Shown one piece after another: positions 8,407 to 20,147 of a stretch of 64,000 nucleotides of DNA. The stretch's first letter is position 1. Each line of letters begins with the position of its first letter. The stretch is from Dehalococcoidia bacterium (GTDB lineage Bacteria > Chloroflexota > Dehalococcoidia > UBA6926). A program made the position numbers and the translations under genes. The stretch covers positions 416,001-480,000 of the forward strand of contig CAXXET010000006.1 of NCBI GenBank assembly GCA_963666115.2, read 5' to 3'. The notes below the pieces were generated by a model, which made no database searches, was not told where the DNA came from, and was given only the letters and a program-made list of their open reading frames with translations.

Positions 8407-10032
8407 CTACGCCCCTTCGGCTGCCTTTGCCGTGGATCCCCAGTTCAGCAGCCAGTATTCAAGCGAATCCGCGAGAGCCATCCAGGACGCGTGAATTATA
8501 TTGGTGTGGCTGCCCACCGTGCGCCAAACATGGTCGCCGTCAGTTGACTCGATCAGCACACGCACCGTCGCCGCCGTCGCGCTCTCCTGGTTCAGGATGC
8601 GGACCTTGTAGTCCGTCAACCGCACGACGCCAATCTCCGGGAATCGGCTCCGCAGGGCCTTCCTGAGCGCCTCGTCCAGCGCATTGACGGGGCCGTTGCC
8701 CTCCGCCGCAGTGTGGTATTGCTCCTCGCCAACGCGCACCTTGACGACAGCCTCCGACAGCGGATCATCGTCGTCTCCGGCGGAATCGATGGACGGCCTC
8801 CGCCGCCACGTTTCTACAACGGTCATAAAATCCTGGAGCATGAACGCCGGCGTATAATCGGGCAGAGCGCGGCGCACCAGCATTTCGAAAGACGCCTCCG
8901 CGCCTTCGTATTGGAAGCCCGCCGCCTCCGCGTTCTTCACCTGTTCGAGGATAGAGCGCGCCGTGTCAGGCTCGACGTCAATCCCCATCGCCTGCGTTGC
9001 CGCCAACACGTTGCTGCGTCCGGAAAGCTCGGAGACGACGACGCGCCGCGCATTGCCCACCGTCTCCGGGTCCATGTGCTCGTAGCTGCGTTCAACTTTT
9101 GCCACGGCAGCGGCGTGCAGCCCGCCCTTGTGCGTGAATGCCCGCGCGCCCACGTACGGCTGCGACGGGTTCAGCCCCATGTTCACGATTTCCGCAATCT
9201 CCTGCGAAACGGTCGTGAGGCGGTTCAGTTGCTCATCTGAAACGACACGGATGCCCATCTTGGTCTGTAGGCCGGGGATGATTGAGCAGAGATTCGCGTT
9301 GCCGCACCGCTCGCCGTAGCCGTTGATCGTTCCCTGCACCTGCTCGATGCCGTGCTCTACTGCGGTGATGGAGTTCGCGACGGCAAGCTCGCCATCGTTG
9401 TGAACGTGGATGCCAAGCGGAATGGTGATGGTCTCTCGCAGCGCGTCTACCACTTCGCCAAGCCGCTGCGGCAGAACGCCGCCGTTTGTGTCGCAAAGGT
9501 GAATCACGTCCGCGCCGGCATCCTGCGCCGCCCTGAGGCATTGCACGGCGTACTCACTGTTGGCGTTATAGCCGTCGAAGAAGTGCTCGGCATCGAAATG
9601 CGCTTCGCGTCCCTGGCTCTTCAAATACGCGATGGAATCGCTGATCATCAGCAAGTTCTCTTCAAGGCTTGTCTCCAGCACCTCCGTCACGTGCAGATCC
9701 CACGTCTTGCCCACCAGGGTGACGATGGGCGCCTCGGACGCGATGAGCGCAAGAAGGTTGCCGTCCTGCTCAGCCGTGATGCCTGCGCGGCGTGTGGAGC
9801 CGAACGCGGCGACGCGGGCGGTCTTGAGGCTCAGCCCTTTGACCCGTCGGAAGTATTCTTCGTCCTTCGGGTTGGAGAACGGCCAGCCGCCCTCGATGAT
9901 GCCGACGCCAAGCTCGTCCAGCCTGACCGTAATGTCCAGCTTGTCCTTGACGGTGAGGGAGATGCCCTCCTGCTGCGTGCCGTCCCGCAGGGTGGTGTCG
10001 TACAGGATTACCTGTGGCGTTGCCGATGTCAC
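8407..10032 (-). CDS. cimA: Citramalate synthase
   Basis: YDTTLRDGTQQEGIS, EGGWPFSNPKD, DAEHFFDG, CDTNGG, GERCGNANL, HKGGLH, LeuA-type allosteric domain. Confidence 0.93.
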   Translation of the reverse strand: MTSATPQVILYDTTLRDGTQQEGISLTVKDKLDITVRLDELGVGIIEGGWPFSNPKDEEYFRRVKGLSLKTARVAAFGSTRRAGITAEQDGNLLALIASEAPIVTLVGKTWDLHVTEVLETSLEENLLMISDSIAYLKSQGREAHFDAEHFFDGYNANSEYAVQCLRAAQDAGADVIHLCDTNGGVLPQRLGEVVDALRETITIPLGIHVHNDGELAVANSITAVEHGIEQVQGTINGYGERCGNANLCSIIPGLQTKMGIRVVSDEQLNRLTTVSQEIAEIVNMGLNPSQPYVGARAFTHKGGLHAAAVAKVERSYEHMDPETVGNARRVVVSELSGRSNVLAATQAMGIDVEPDTARSILEQVKNAEAAGFQYEGAEASFEMLVRRALPDYTPAFMLQDFMTVVETWRRRPSIDSAGDDDDPLSEAVVKVRVGEEQYHTAAEGNGPVNALDEALRKALRSRFPEIGVVRLTDYKVRILNQESATAATVRVLIESTDGDHVWRTVGSHTNIIHASWMALADSLEYWLLNWGSTAKAAEGA

Positions 10033-10071
10033 TGCGTTGTCCTCTGACTGATTGCCCTGATCAACTATAGG

Positions 10072-11217
10072 CTATAGCGGCCGGGGCACTCGCGCCCGCT
10101 CCGGGTTCTCGATTCTCTCGATGACCGCGTCCGCCATCTCTGTTGTCTTGACCACCCGCGTATTTGAATCAGCAGAACCGACGCCCGCAACGTCTGCCGT
10201 CCGGTAGCCTGCCGCCAGCGTCGCGTCCACCGCCGCCTCAACGGCGTCCGCCTCCTCGTTCAGTCCGAATGACAGGCGCAGCATCATGGCTGCGCTGGAG
10301 ATGGCCGCCAACGGATTCGCGATGCCTTGTCCGGCGATGTCCGGCGCGGAACCGTGAATCGGCTCATACATCCCGTACAAGCCGCCGCCCCGCTTGCGAA
10401 TCTTCTTCGTGCCCAGGCTGGCCGAGGGCAGCATACCCATGGAACCCGCGAGCACGGACGCCTCATCGGTCAGGATATCGCCGAACATGTTCTCCGTGAC
10501 GATGACATCGAACTCCGCCGGGCGCTGGATCAGCATCATCGCGCAAGCGTCGACGAGGATGTGGCTCACGGACACGTCCGGGTTTTCCTCCGCCATTTCC
10601 TGCGCCACCTCGCGCCACAGCCGCGATGATGCCAGCACGTTTGCCTTATCGACGGATGCCAGCCGTCCGCGCCGTCCCCGCGCAAGGTCAAATCCGACTT
10701 GCAATACCCGGCGGATTTCCTTCTCCGTGTACTTGAGCGTATCGACTGCCTTGCGGCCTTGTGAGTCATCCCAGCGCCTCTTTGGCTCAGCGAAGTACAG
10801 CCCGCCCGTCAACTCGCGCACGACAATCAGGTCGACGTCGTTGATGACCGGCCCCTTGATCGGCGACGCGCCCACCAGTTCGGGAACGACCTTGACGGGC
10901 CGGAGGTTGGCGAACAGTCCCATGCCGCGGCGCAGGGCGAGCAGGCCCGCCTCGGGGCGCGTGGCAGCGCGCGGGTCGTCCCACTTTGGGCCGCCGACTG
11001 CGCCGAACAGGATGGAGTCGGACTGCCTGGCGATGTTGAGCGAATCGTCGGGCAGGGCGCTGCCTGTGGCATCGATGGCCGCGCCGCCAACGAGCGCCTC
11101 GCGGTACTCAAAGGAATGACCGAATCGCTCGCCAATGGCGGCGAGCATCCGCACGGCCTCCGTGGTGACTTCTGGGCCGATGCCGTCGCCCGGCATCAGC
11201 GCGATCGAGTAATTCAC
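10072..11217 (-). CDS. leuB: 3-isopropylmalate dehydrogenase
   Basis: [45 protein letters not shown]. Confidence 0.97.
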   Translation of the reverse strand: MNYSIALMPGDGIGPEVTTEAVRMLAAIGERFGHSFEYREALVGGAAIDATGSALPDDSLNIARQSDSILFGAVGGPKWDDPRAATRPEAGLLALRRGMGLFANLRPVKVVPELVGASPIKGPVINDVDLIVVRELTGGLYFAEPKRRWDDSQGRKAVDTLKYTEKEIRRVLQVGFDLARGRRGRLASVDKANVLASSRLWREVAQEMAEENPDVSVSHILVDACAMMLIQRPAEFDVIVTENMFGDILTDEASVLAGSMGMLPSASLGTKKIRKRGGGLYGMYEPIHGSAPDIAGQGIANPLAAISSAAMMLRLSFGLNEEADAVEAAVDATLAAGYRTADVAGVGSADSNTRVVKTTEMADAVIERIENPERARVPRPL

Positions 11218-11822
11218 GTGGTTTCAGAGGCGACGGGTTCAAGCCCCATGCGCTCCTCGAACTTCGCGATGTCGTCTTCGTGCTGCAACGTCAGGCCGAT
11301 GCTGTCCAGCCCGTTGAGCAGGCAGTGCTTGCGGAACGGATCAATCTCAAAGTACGCCTCGAACCCCTCGCGATCCGAAACAAGCTGCTTCTCGAGGTCG
11401 ATGGTCAGCTCATAGCCGGGGCGAATGCGGTCGAGAATCTCGCGAACGGTCTCCTCCGGCAGTTGGACGGGCAAAAAGCCGTTTTCAAAGGAGTTGTTGT
11501 AGAAGATGTCCGCAAAGCCGGACGAAATGACGGCCTGGAATCCGAACTGCTGCAATGCCCACGGCGCGTGCTCACGGCTTGAGCCGCTGCCGAAATTCGG
11601 CCCTGCCACGAGGATTGTCGCTTCGCGGTAGCCCGGCTTGTTCAGCACGAACTCCGGGTTCTCACCGCCGTCCGGCGTGTAGCGCCAATCAAAGAAGAGG
11701 AAGGGGCCGTAGCCCGTTCGCTCCACGCGCTTCAGGAACTGCTTTGGAATGATCGAATCCGTGTCCACGTTTGAGCGATCCAGCGGCGCCGCCGCTCCCG
11801 TGTGTGAAATGAACTTTTCCAT
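11214..11822 (-). CDS. leuD: 3-isopropylmalate dehydratase small subunit
   Basis: [29 protein letters not shown]. Confidence 0.97.
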   Translation of the reverse strand: MEKFISHTGAAAPLDRSNVDTDSIIPKQFLKRVERTGYGPFLFFDWRYTPDGGENPEFVLNKPGYREATILVAGPNFGSGSSREHAPWALQQFGFQAVISSGFADIFYNNSFENGFLPVQLPEETVREILDRIRPGYELTIDLEKQLVSDREGFEAYFEIDPFRKHCLLNGLDSIGLTLQHEDDIAKFEERMGLEPVASETT

Positions 11823-11842
11823 CGTGTCCCCCGTATGCGGCG

Positions 11843-13264
11843 CTATGCCGGCGCTGCTTCCCAGTCGCGAATATCGACGAATCGACCGGCGATGGCCGCC
11901 GCAGCCGCCATCTGCGGGCTGACCAGGTGGGTGCGGCCGTCCTTGCCCTGCCGCCCCTCAAAGTTGCGGTTGGACGTGGACGCGCAGCGCTCCTGCGGCA
12001 TCAGGATATCCGGGTTCATGCCGAGGCACATGGAGCACCCGGCGGCGCGCCACTCAAAGCCTGCCTCCGTGAACACGGCGTCCAGTCCCTCCTTCTCCGC
12101 CTGCCACTTGACCAATGCGGAGCCGGGCACGACCATCGCGCTCACGTTCGGGTGAACCTGCCGCCCGCGCACCATGTCCGCCGCCGCGCGCAGATCGGCA
12201 AGCCGCGAGTTGGTGCACGAGCCGATGAATACCCGGTCGATTTCGATGTCCTTGATGCTCGTGCCCGCCTCAAGGCCCATATAGGCCAGCGCGCGCTCTG
12301 CCGCCTCGCGCTTGTCCACCGGCAGGGCGGCGGGATCCGGCACCGAGTCCTCGATGGTTACGACCTGCTCGGGATTCGTGCCCCAGGTCACGTGCGGGCG
12401 GAGTTCACCGGCGTCGAGGACAACGACTTCGTCGTATTCCGCGCCCTCGTCTGTGGCGAGTTCCTTCCAGCGTTCGACAGCCTCATCATATTCTTCGCCC
12501 TGCGGCACGAATTTGCGGCCTCGCAGCCACTCAAAAGTCGTCTCATCGGGGGCGATCATGCCGGCGCGCGCGCCTCCCTCGATCGACATATTGCACACCG
12601 TCATGCGGCCTTCCATCGAGAGCGCGCGGATAGCCTCGCCCGTGTACTCGATCACGTAGCCCGCGCCGCCGGACGTGCCGATCTTGCCGATGATGCCGAG
12701 GATGATGTCCTTGGCCGTCACGCCCGGGGGCAGTTCGCCGTCAACGCGAACCTCCATCGTCTTCGGCTTGAACTGGCGCAGGGGTTTGGGTGGCCAGCAC
12801 GTGCTCAACCTCAGACGTGCCGATGCCGAGCGCGAACGCCCCGAACGCCCCGTGCGTGGCCGTGTGGCTGTCGCCGCAGACGATGACCTTGCCGGGCTGT
12901 GTGTGTCCCAGCTGCGGGCCGATCACGTGGACAATGCCCTGGTTCTCGTCATGCATGTCGTAGTACGTGATGCCGAAGTCTTTCGTGTTCTGTGCGAGGG
13001 TCTCGATCTGCTGCTTGGAAATGGGGTCTTCAATCGGCAGCGAGCGGTCAGTCGTTGGGACGTTGTGGTCAACCGTGGCGATAGTCAAGTCCGGTCGCCG
13101 CACATTGCGCCCCGCCAATCGCAGGCCCTCATACGCCTGCGGCGACGTCACCCTCGTGAACCAGGTGCAAGTCCACGTAGATCAGAGACGGTTCCCCCGC
13201 CTCTTCGCGGACAAGGTGCGCGTCCCAAATCTTCTCGAACATCGTTCGTGGGGGGCGTCGCCAT
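11843..13264 (-). CDS. leuC: 3-isopropylmalate dehydratase large subunit, split by three apparent +1 frameshifts
   Basis: [63 protein letters not shown]; extra bases in runs at 13250-55, 13151-53 and 12781-84. Confidence 0.92.
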
Positions 13265-13307
13265 TCGGTCTCCTCTTGCGATGATTTTCTTTAGCTGCGC
13301 CTGCCCG

Positions 13308-14854
13308 CTATGCCATCACGCTTGTGGCACGCTGCTTGGATGCAAGCAGGCGGTTGAGCGAATCGACGTAGGCGCGCGCGCTTGCGACGACGATGTCGGT
13401 GTCTGCGCCGCGCCCGATGTAGTTCGTTCCTTCGTGCTCGATTCTCAGGGTCACGTCGGCGATGGAGTCCAGACCCTCGGTGACCGCCTCCACGCGGTAT
13501 TCAACGAGGTGGTTGTTCACGGCGACGATGTGCGTGATGGCCTGGTAGACGGCGTCCACCGGGCCTGTTCCGACCGCGCTCGCGGTCTGCGCCTCTCCCT
13601 CAGGGTCAATGAGCCGCACCGTGGCTGTCGGAACTGCCGGGGAGCCGCTCAGGGCCTGCACGTGGTCCAAGATGTAGATTTCGTCGCCTGTGGTGCGCCG
13701 ATCCTCACCCATCAGCGTTTCAAGATCACGGTCCGTCACGCTCTCCTTCTTGTCGGCGAGGTCCTTGAACGCGACGTAGACTCGCCCCAGGTCTTCCTTG
13801 GAGACGTCATAGCCCAATTCATGGAGGCGAGCCTCCAGCGCGTGGCTGCCGCTCTGCCGGCCCAGCACCAGCGCAGTGCCGGGCACGCCAACGGACTGCG
13901 GCGTCATGATTTCAAACGTGATTGGCGCCTTGAGCATGGCGTCCTGGTGGATGCCGGACTCATGGCGGAACGCGTTCAGTCCGACGATGGCCTTGTTCGG
14001 CTGCACGGCGAAGCCGGTGTAATCGCTCACCATCCGGCTTGCGCGATAGATCTGGGTTGTGTCCACGCCCGTGGTGAATCCAAGCAAGTCCTCGCGCGTG
14101 TGGATGGCCATGACCACCTCTTCCAGCGAGGCGTTGCCCGCCCGTTCGCCGATGCCGTTCACGCAGACTTCCACCTGCCGCGGCGCCGTTCTGGATGGCG
14201 GCGATGGAGTTGGCGGACGCAAGGCCCAGATCGTTGTGGCAGTGGACGCTGACGGTGGTCTTGTCGATGTTCTTGACGTTCTCAAACACGCCCGCGATGA
14301 GCCGCCCGAATTCGTCCGGTATCGCATAGCCGACCGTGTCCGGGATATTGATGGTCGTCGCGCCGGCGTTGATCGCCTCGGTCACGAGGCGGTAGATGAA
14401 ATCCCAGTCCGTGCGGGTGGCGTCCATGGGCGAGAAACTCAACGTTGTCGCAGTAGCTCTTCGCCCGTTCAACGGATGTAATGGCCTGTTCCATGACCTC
14501 TTCGGGGCTCTTGCGGAGCTGGTGGGTGAGGTGAATATCGGAACTGGAGATGAAGACGTGGATGCGCGGCTTCTCCGCCACCTGGACGGCTTCCCACGCC
14601 GCGTCGATGTCACCGGGCACGCAGCGCGCCAGCCCGGCGATGACCGGTGTCCGCACTTCGCGCGCGATGCGCTGAACGGTTTCGAGATTTCCCGGGGATG
14701 ACGCGGGGAAACCGGCTTCGATAACGTCCACGCCGAGACGCTCAAGCTGGCGGGCTATTTCCAGCTTCTCCTCCCAGTTGAGGCCCGCGCCCGCAGCCTG
14801 CTCGCCGTCGCGGAGCGTGGTGTCAAAGATCGTTATTCGTTCCTGCTCAACCAT
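13308..14854 (-). CDS. leuA: 2-isopropylmalate synthase, split by two apparent +1 frameshifts
   Basis: [43 protein letters not shown]; extra bases at 14435-37 and 14182-83. Confidence 0.92.
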
Positions 14855-14885
14855 GACTGATGTCCTTTAGTGGAATCGTGTCCGG

Positions 14886-15886
<1,001 letters not shown>

Positions 15887-15934
15887 TGCGCCCTTCCTGC
15901 CCTGTCTAATCCTGTGCGGCAGCCGTTGCCGGCC

Positions 15935-16488
15935 CTACCCCCGGTGTGATGGCGCGCCCACGAGAGCCGGGGCGCGAAACTTGCCGTCTTGCGGAACCTC
16001 CTCGTCTTTCGTGAGGGCCACAAGCCCCCGTGCGCATCAACTCGAGAATCCCGTAGGGTTCCAGCAAGTTCAGCAGGCTCTCAACCTGCTCCGTCGGCCC
16101 CGTTATCTCGATGATGACGGTGCTCGGAGAGACGCTCACAACCTGCGCGCCCCGGAAAAAGGTCAAGAATCTCGACGATGTGGCCGCGGTTCTCCTGGTT
16201 CGCCCGCACCTTGATTAGCGCGGTCTCGCGCGCCACGTAGTCTTCGTCCGTGATGTCCATCACTTCGACGACGTCCACGACGTTCCATAGCTGGGACGTG
16301 ACCTGCCAGAGCGCCGATTCCGGCACGTTGTCCACGACGATGGTCATGCGGGAGAACTCAGGCTTCTCCGAGTGGCCGACGGCAAGGCTGGCGATGTTGA
16401 ATCCGCGCCGCCTGAACATGCTTGCCACGCGGTTGAGCACGCCCGGCCGGTCATGCACCAGCGCGGAAATGACCCGGCGCATCGTCAT
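15935..16488 (-). CDS. ilvN: Acetolactate synthase small subunit, two apparent +1 frameshifts
   Basis: DRPGVLNRVASMFRRRGFNIASL, RETALIKV, GILELMRTG; extra bases at 16156-60 and 16025-29. Confidence 0.9.
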
Positions 16489-18208
16489 CGCGCGACCGTT
16501 CCCAGCGGCTGCTGTTGGGTCCACGGGTCCTCGACCATCTCATTGACGGGACTGGCCTGCCGGAATCATCGGGTACACCAACTCGTCGATTTCCACCAGG
16601 AAATCGACGATGACCGGCCCGTTGTGATCCTGCGCGCGCTTGATGGCGGAATCGACGTCCTTGATGTCCTCGACGCGGATGCCCAGCATCCCGTATGCCT
16701 CCGCCAGCTTCACGAAATCAGGCCCTGTCGTGTCGATTTGGCTGTAGCGCTTGTCGTAGAACAGCGTCTGCCATTGGCGCACCATGCCGTGGTGGAAGTT
16801 GTTCATGATCGCGAACTTGACGGGCGCGTTTTCGTCACGAATCGTCGCGAGTTCCTGCAGCGTCATCTGGAAACCGGCGTCGCCGCAGATCGACCACACC
16901 TGCTCATTGGGCAGGCCCATCTGCGCGCCCATCGCGGCGGGAACTTCGTAGCCCATCGTGCCCAGGGCCGCCGGACGTGATGAAGCTGTTTGGCCTGTCC
17001 GTGACGTAGTGCTGCGCCGCCCACATCTGGTGCTGACCGACGCCGGTCACGATAAAGGCCTTGCCGTTGGTCATGTCATGGATGCGCTTGATCACGTACT
17101 GCGTGGACGGCTTGCCCTCGAAGTCCCGGACGATCAGCGGGTGCTCCCGCCGCAGGTCGTCCACCCGGGAGAGCCACTCCGTCCTCGTCTGCTTGTCAAC
17201 TTGAGGCAGCAGCGCCTTGAGCGAGTTCTTGGCGTCGCCGATCACCGGCGCATCCGCGAAGATGTTCTGGTGAATCGCTGAGCGGTCGATGTTCAGATGG
17301 ACGATCTTCGCGTTCGGCGCAAAGTCGCCTACCCGGCCGATGATGCGGTCGTCGAACCGCGACCCCACGTTGATGAGTAGGTCGCACTCGTCCACAACGA
17401 GGTTGGCGAATGCGGAACCGTGCATTCCCATCAGGCTCAGGTGCAGGTAGTGATTGCCCGGGAACGAGCCGATGCCCAGCAGGGTAGGGATGACGGGAAT
17501 CTGCGCCTTCTCGGCCAGCTTCTGCAACTCTTTTTCAGCGCCGGCCACCAACACCCCGCGTCCCGCAAGGATGACCGGCCTCTTTGCCGAGTTGATCAGC
17601 TCAGCAGCGGCTTCTACCTGCACTGGGTCCGGGTGCGTGATCGGCCTGAATCCGGGCAAGTCGTCGACGGTCTCCGGGTAGCCGGTGAACTCGCCGAGCT
17701 CCTGCAGCACGTCGCGCGGCAAGTCCACGAGCACCGGGCCGGGCCGCGCTGAACGCGCGATATGGAACGCTTCTTTCATCACGCGCGGAATATCGGTTGC
17801 GCTCAGAACCAGGTAATTGTGCTTGGTGACGGGTATCGTCACGCCCGTCACGTCCGTCTCCTGGAAAGCGTCCTTGCCGATGGCGGGCCGTGTCACCTGT
17901 CCGGTGATTGCCACAATCGGCGTGGAGTCCATGAACGATGTTCCGAGTCCGACGGCAAGGTTGATTGCGCCGGGGCCGGAGGTGGCGATGCAGACGCCCA
18001 CCTTGCCGGTGGCCCGCGCATAGCCGTCCGCCGCGTGCGCCGCGCCCTGTTCATGCCGGGTCAGGACGTGGTGAATGGACGGATACTTAAGGATGTGGTC
18101 ATAGAACGGCAGGATCGCGCCGCCAGGGACGCCGAAGACGAGATCGACGCCCTCGGCCTGCAACGACTCGCACACAAACTCTCCGCCTGCCAGCAATCTT
18201 CCCGTCAT
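16485..18208 (-). CDS. ilvB: Acetolactate synthase large subunit, two apparent +1 frameshifts
   Basis: FGVPGGAILP, RHEQGAAHAADGYAR, VGQHQMWAAQ, SGGLGTMG after correction, GDAGFQM; GAGGAG RBS before ATG 18208; the corrected stop overlaps the ilvN start (ATGA). Confidence 0.92.
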
Positions 18209-18227
18209 TGTTCTCCTCGCTGCCATT

Positions 18228-18256
18228 AAAAAAAACCCGTCCCATGAAGGGACGGG
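18228..18256 (-). terminator. Intrinsic terminator of the ilv-leu T-box leader
   Basis: CCCGTCCC-TTCAT-GGGACGGG followed by a long T run on the minus strand. Confidence 0.9.
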
Positions 18257-18322
18257 AGCTTGCGCATTCCCGCGGTGCCACCCTCCTTTAGACTGCCGTT
18301 ACTACTCCCCTTCGTAGCAGCA
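18228..18322 (-). ncRNA. T-box riboswitch leader, abnormally short (no specifier loop or Stem II)
   Basis: AAGGAGGG-TGGCACC-GCGGGA...TCCCGT-CCCTTC canonical antiterminator overlapping the terminator. Confidence 0.85.
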
Positions 18323-18325
18323 TCA

Positions 18326-18354
18326 ATTTTGCCATTCCCAGCTAGGAGTGTCAA
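18326..18354 (-). promoter_or_regulatory. Sigma70-type promoter of the ilv-leu operon
   Basis: TTGACA-17 nt-CAAAAT with an extended -10 TG. Confidence 0.65.
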
Positions 18355-18413
18355 CATGAATCCTATTGGACGCCAATTGAGCATGCCCTCCATACAGACT
18401 GTCCCCCAACGCC

Positions 18414-19061
18414 ATGAAACTACGCGACTTTGCAGACGCAGCTCTTCGCCTGCTGTTCCCGCCCCGCTGCGTTCTCTGTGGACGGGAAGGCGATTTGATC
18501 TGCGAACCATGCCGTCGTTCGTTTCCCCAACGGCTTGATGCGGACGCTATTCCCAAGCCGTCCGGCATTCGCTCCGCGCGCGCCGTATGGCCGTATGAGG
18601 GCAACGTCCGCGAGATTGTTCGACACTACAAGTACAACGGCCTCCGCTCACTCGCGCCATCGCTCGCGTCCGAAATGGGTCACGTCCTCGACGAATGGAG
18701 TCCGGCCATCGACCGGATCATCCATGTTCCCGTCCACCCTGCGCGACTGCGCGAGCGCGGATTTGACCAGTCGGAACTCCTGGCGCGAGAACTCTCCCGC
18801 GCTGCCGGGATACCGTTCATTGCCCCCTTGGCGCGCGTGCGCGAGACAGCCGTCCAGGCGCGGGCGATGAATGCGGCGCAGCGTTCCGAGAATGTGCGCG
18901 GCGCGTTCCACGTCCCCAATCCTGATGGACTTGGGCGCTCTAGTATCCTCCTCATCGACGACGTATTGACCACGGGGGCGACACTCACGGAAGCCGCTCG
19001 CGCTCTTCGCCGCGCCGGCGCGAGAGCCGTCTACGCGCTCACCTTGGCCCACGAGACATAA
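18414..19061 (+). CDS. comF: ComF family phosphoribosyltransferase-like protein
   Basis: LFPPRCVLC...CEPC zinc ribbon, RERGFDQS, LLIDDVLTTGATL. Confidence 0.9.
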   Translation: MKLRDFADAALRLLFPPRCVLCGREGDLICEPCRRSFPQRLDADAIPKPSGIRSARAVWPYEGNVREIVRHYKYNGLRSLAPSLASEMGHVLDEWSPAIDRIIHVPVHPARLRERGFDQSELLARELSRAAGIPFIAPLARVRETAVQARAMNAAQRSENVRGAFHVPNPDGLGRSSILLIDDVLTTGATLTEAARALRRAGARAVYALTLAHET

Positions 19062-19116
19062 GCCTGTTGCGTATGCGGTTACTCTCGGCAGACCCAAAGC
19101 GGGTGATAATGTCAGC

Positions 19117-20124
19117 ATGACAGACGCGCATGATGCTCCCCTCACCATTGGCAAGCTCCCCCCCAAGCTCCTTGCCAAACTCCTCGGGCAGGCCGATTTA
19201 ACAGACCCCAGCGTCATTCTCGGGCCGCGGATGGGAGAGGACGCGGCGCTCATTGACACCGGCGCGGATGACTACCTGGTTGTCAGTTCGGACCCGATCA
19301 CGTTCGCGGCGGAGCAGATCGGCTGGTACGCCGTTCACGTCAACGCAAATGATATTGCCGCAAGTGGCGGGACGCCCAAATGGATGGTGATGACCGTCAT
19401 CCTGCCGGACGGCTCTCCACCGCAACTCGCCAGGGACATCATGCGCCAAACACTGGACGCCTGCGCGGAGATTGGGGCTACGCTCGTGGGCGGCCACACC
19501 GAAGTGACTCATGGGATTGACCGCCCAATCGCCATCGGCACGATGATCGGCCAAGTTCGCAAGGGCAGGGAAACGCCAACCTCTGCGGCGCTGGAGGGCG
19601 ACGCCATCATCCTGACCAAGGGCGCCGGCATCGAGGGCACGGCCATTGTTGCTATTGAACGCGCCGACCGGCTTCGCGCCGCAGGCGTTTCCGATGGCGC
19701 CATCCGGCGCGCCGCTGATTTCCTGTACAACCCTGGTATCAGCGTCATCCGCGACGCCCAGATTGCCCTCCGAACAGCTCCCATCCACGCCATGCACGAT
19801 CCGACGGAGGGCGGCGTCGCAACGGCCCTCCATGAGATGGCGGATGCATCAGGCGTTGGCATTGAGATTGACACCCGCATGATCGAGACGATGACCCTCC
19901 CTGAGACTGTGGAAATCTGCCGGGCGCTTGACGTCGATCCCCTCGGGCTGATCGCCGCAGGCGCCCTTCTCATGGCGGCCACTTCCGACGATGCTCCCAG
20001 GATCATCGCCGCTCTGAAAGAGTCGTCGATACAGGCCGCCGTGATCGGCCGCGCTGTGCCGCGCTCCCTGGGCGTCAACGTGCCGCGCTTCCTGCGCGAT
20101 GAATTAGCGAGCGTTTTGTCGTAA
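19117..20124 (+). CDS. AIR synthase (PurM/HypE-like) family protein
   Basis: GEDAA, SSDPIT, NANDIA, GGHTEVT, MHDPTEGG. Confidence 0.85.
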   Translation: MTDAHDAPLTIGKLPPKLLAKLLGQADLTDPSVILGPRMGEDAALIDTGADDYLVVSSDPITFAAEQIGWYAVHVNANDIAASGGTPKWMVMTVILPDGSPPQLARDIMRQTLDACAEIGATLVGGHTEVTHGIDRPIAIGTMIGQVRKGRETPTSAALEGDAIILTKGAGIEGTAIVAIERADRLRAAGVSDGAIRRAADFLYNPGISVIRDAQIALRTAPIHAMHDPTEGGVATALHEMADASGVGIEIDTRMIETMTLPETVEICRALDVDPLGLIAAGALLMAATSDDAPRIIAALKESSIQAAVIGRAVPRSLGVNVPRFLRDELASVLS

Positions 20125-20147
20125 TGACTGGCTGATGCGGCCGGCGG

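Noticed and set aside
19117-20124. Second SelD or hydrogenase HypE
   Set aside because: Lacks the SelD N-terminal Cys/Sec-x-x-Lys motif and the HypE C-terminal PRIC; generic AIR-synthase family
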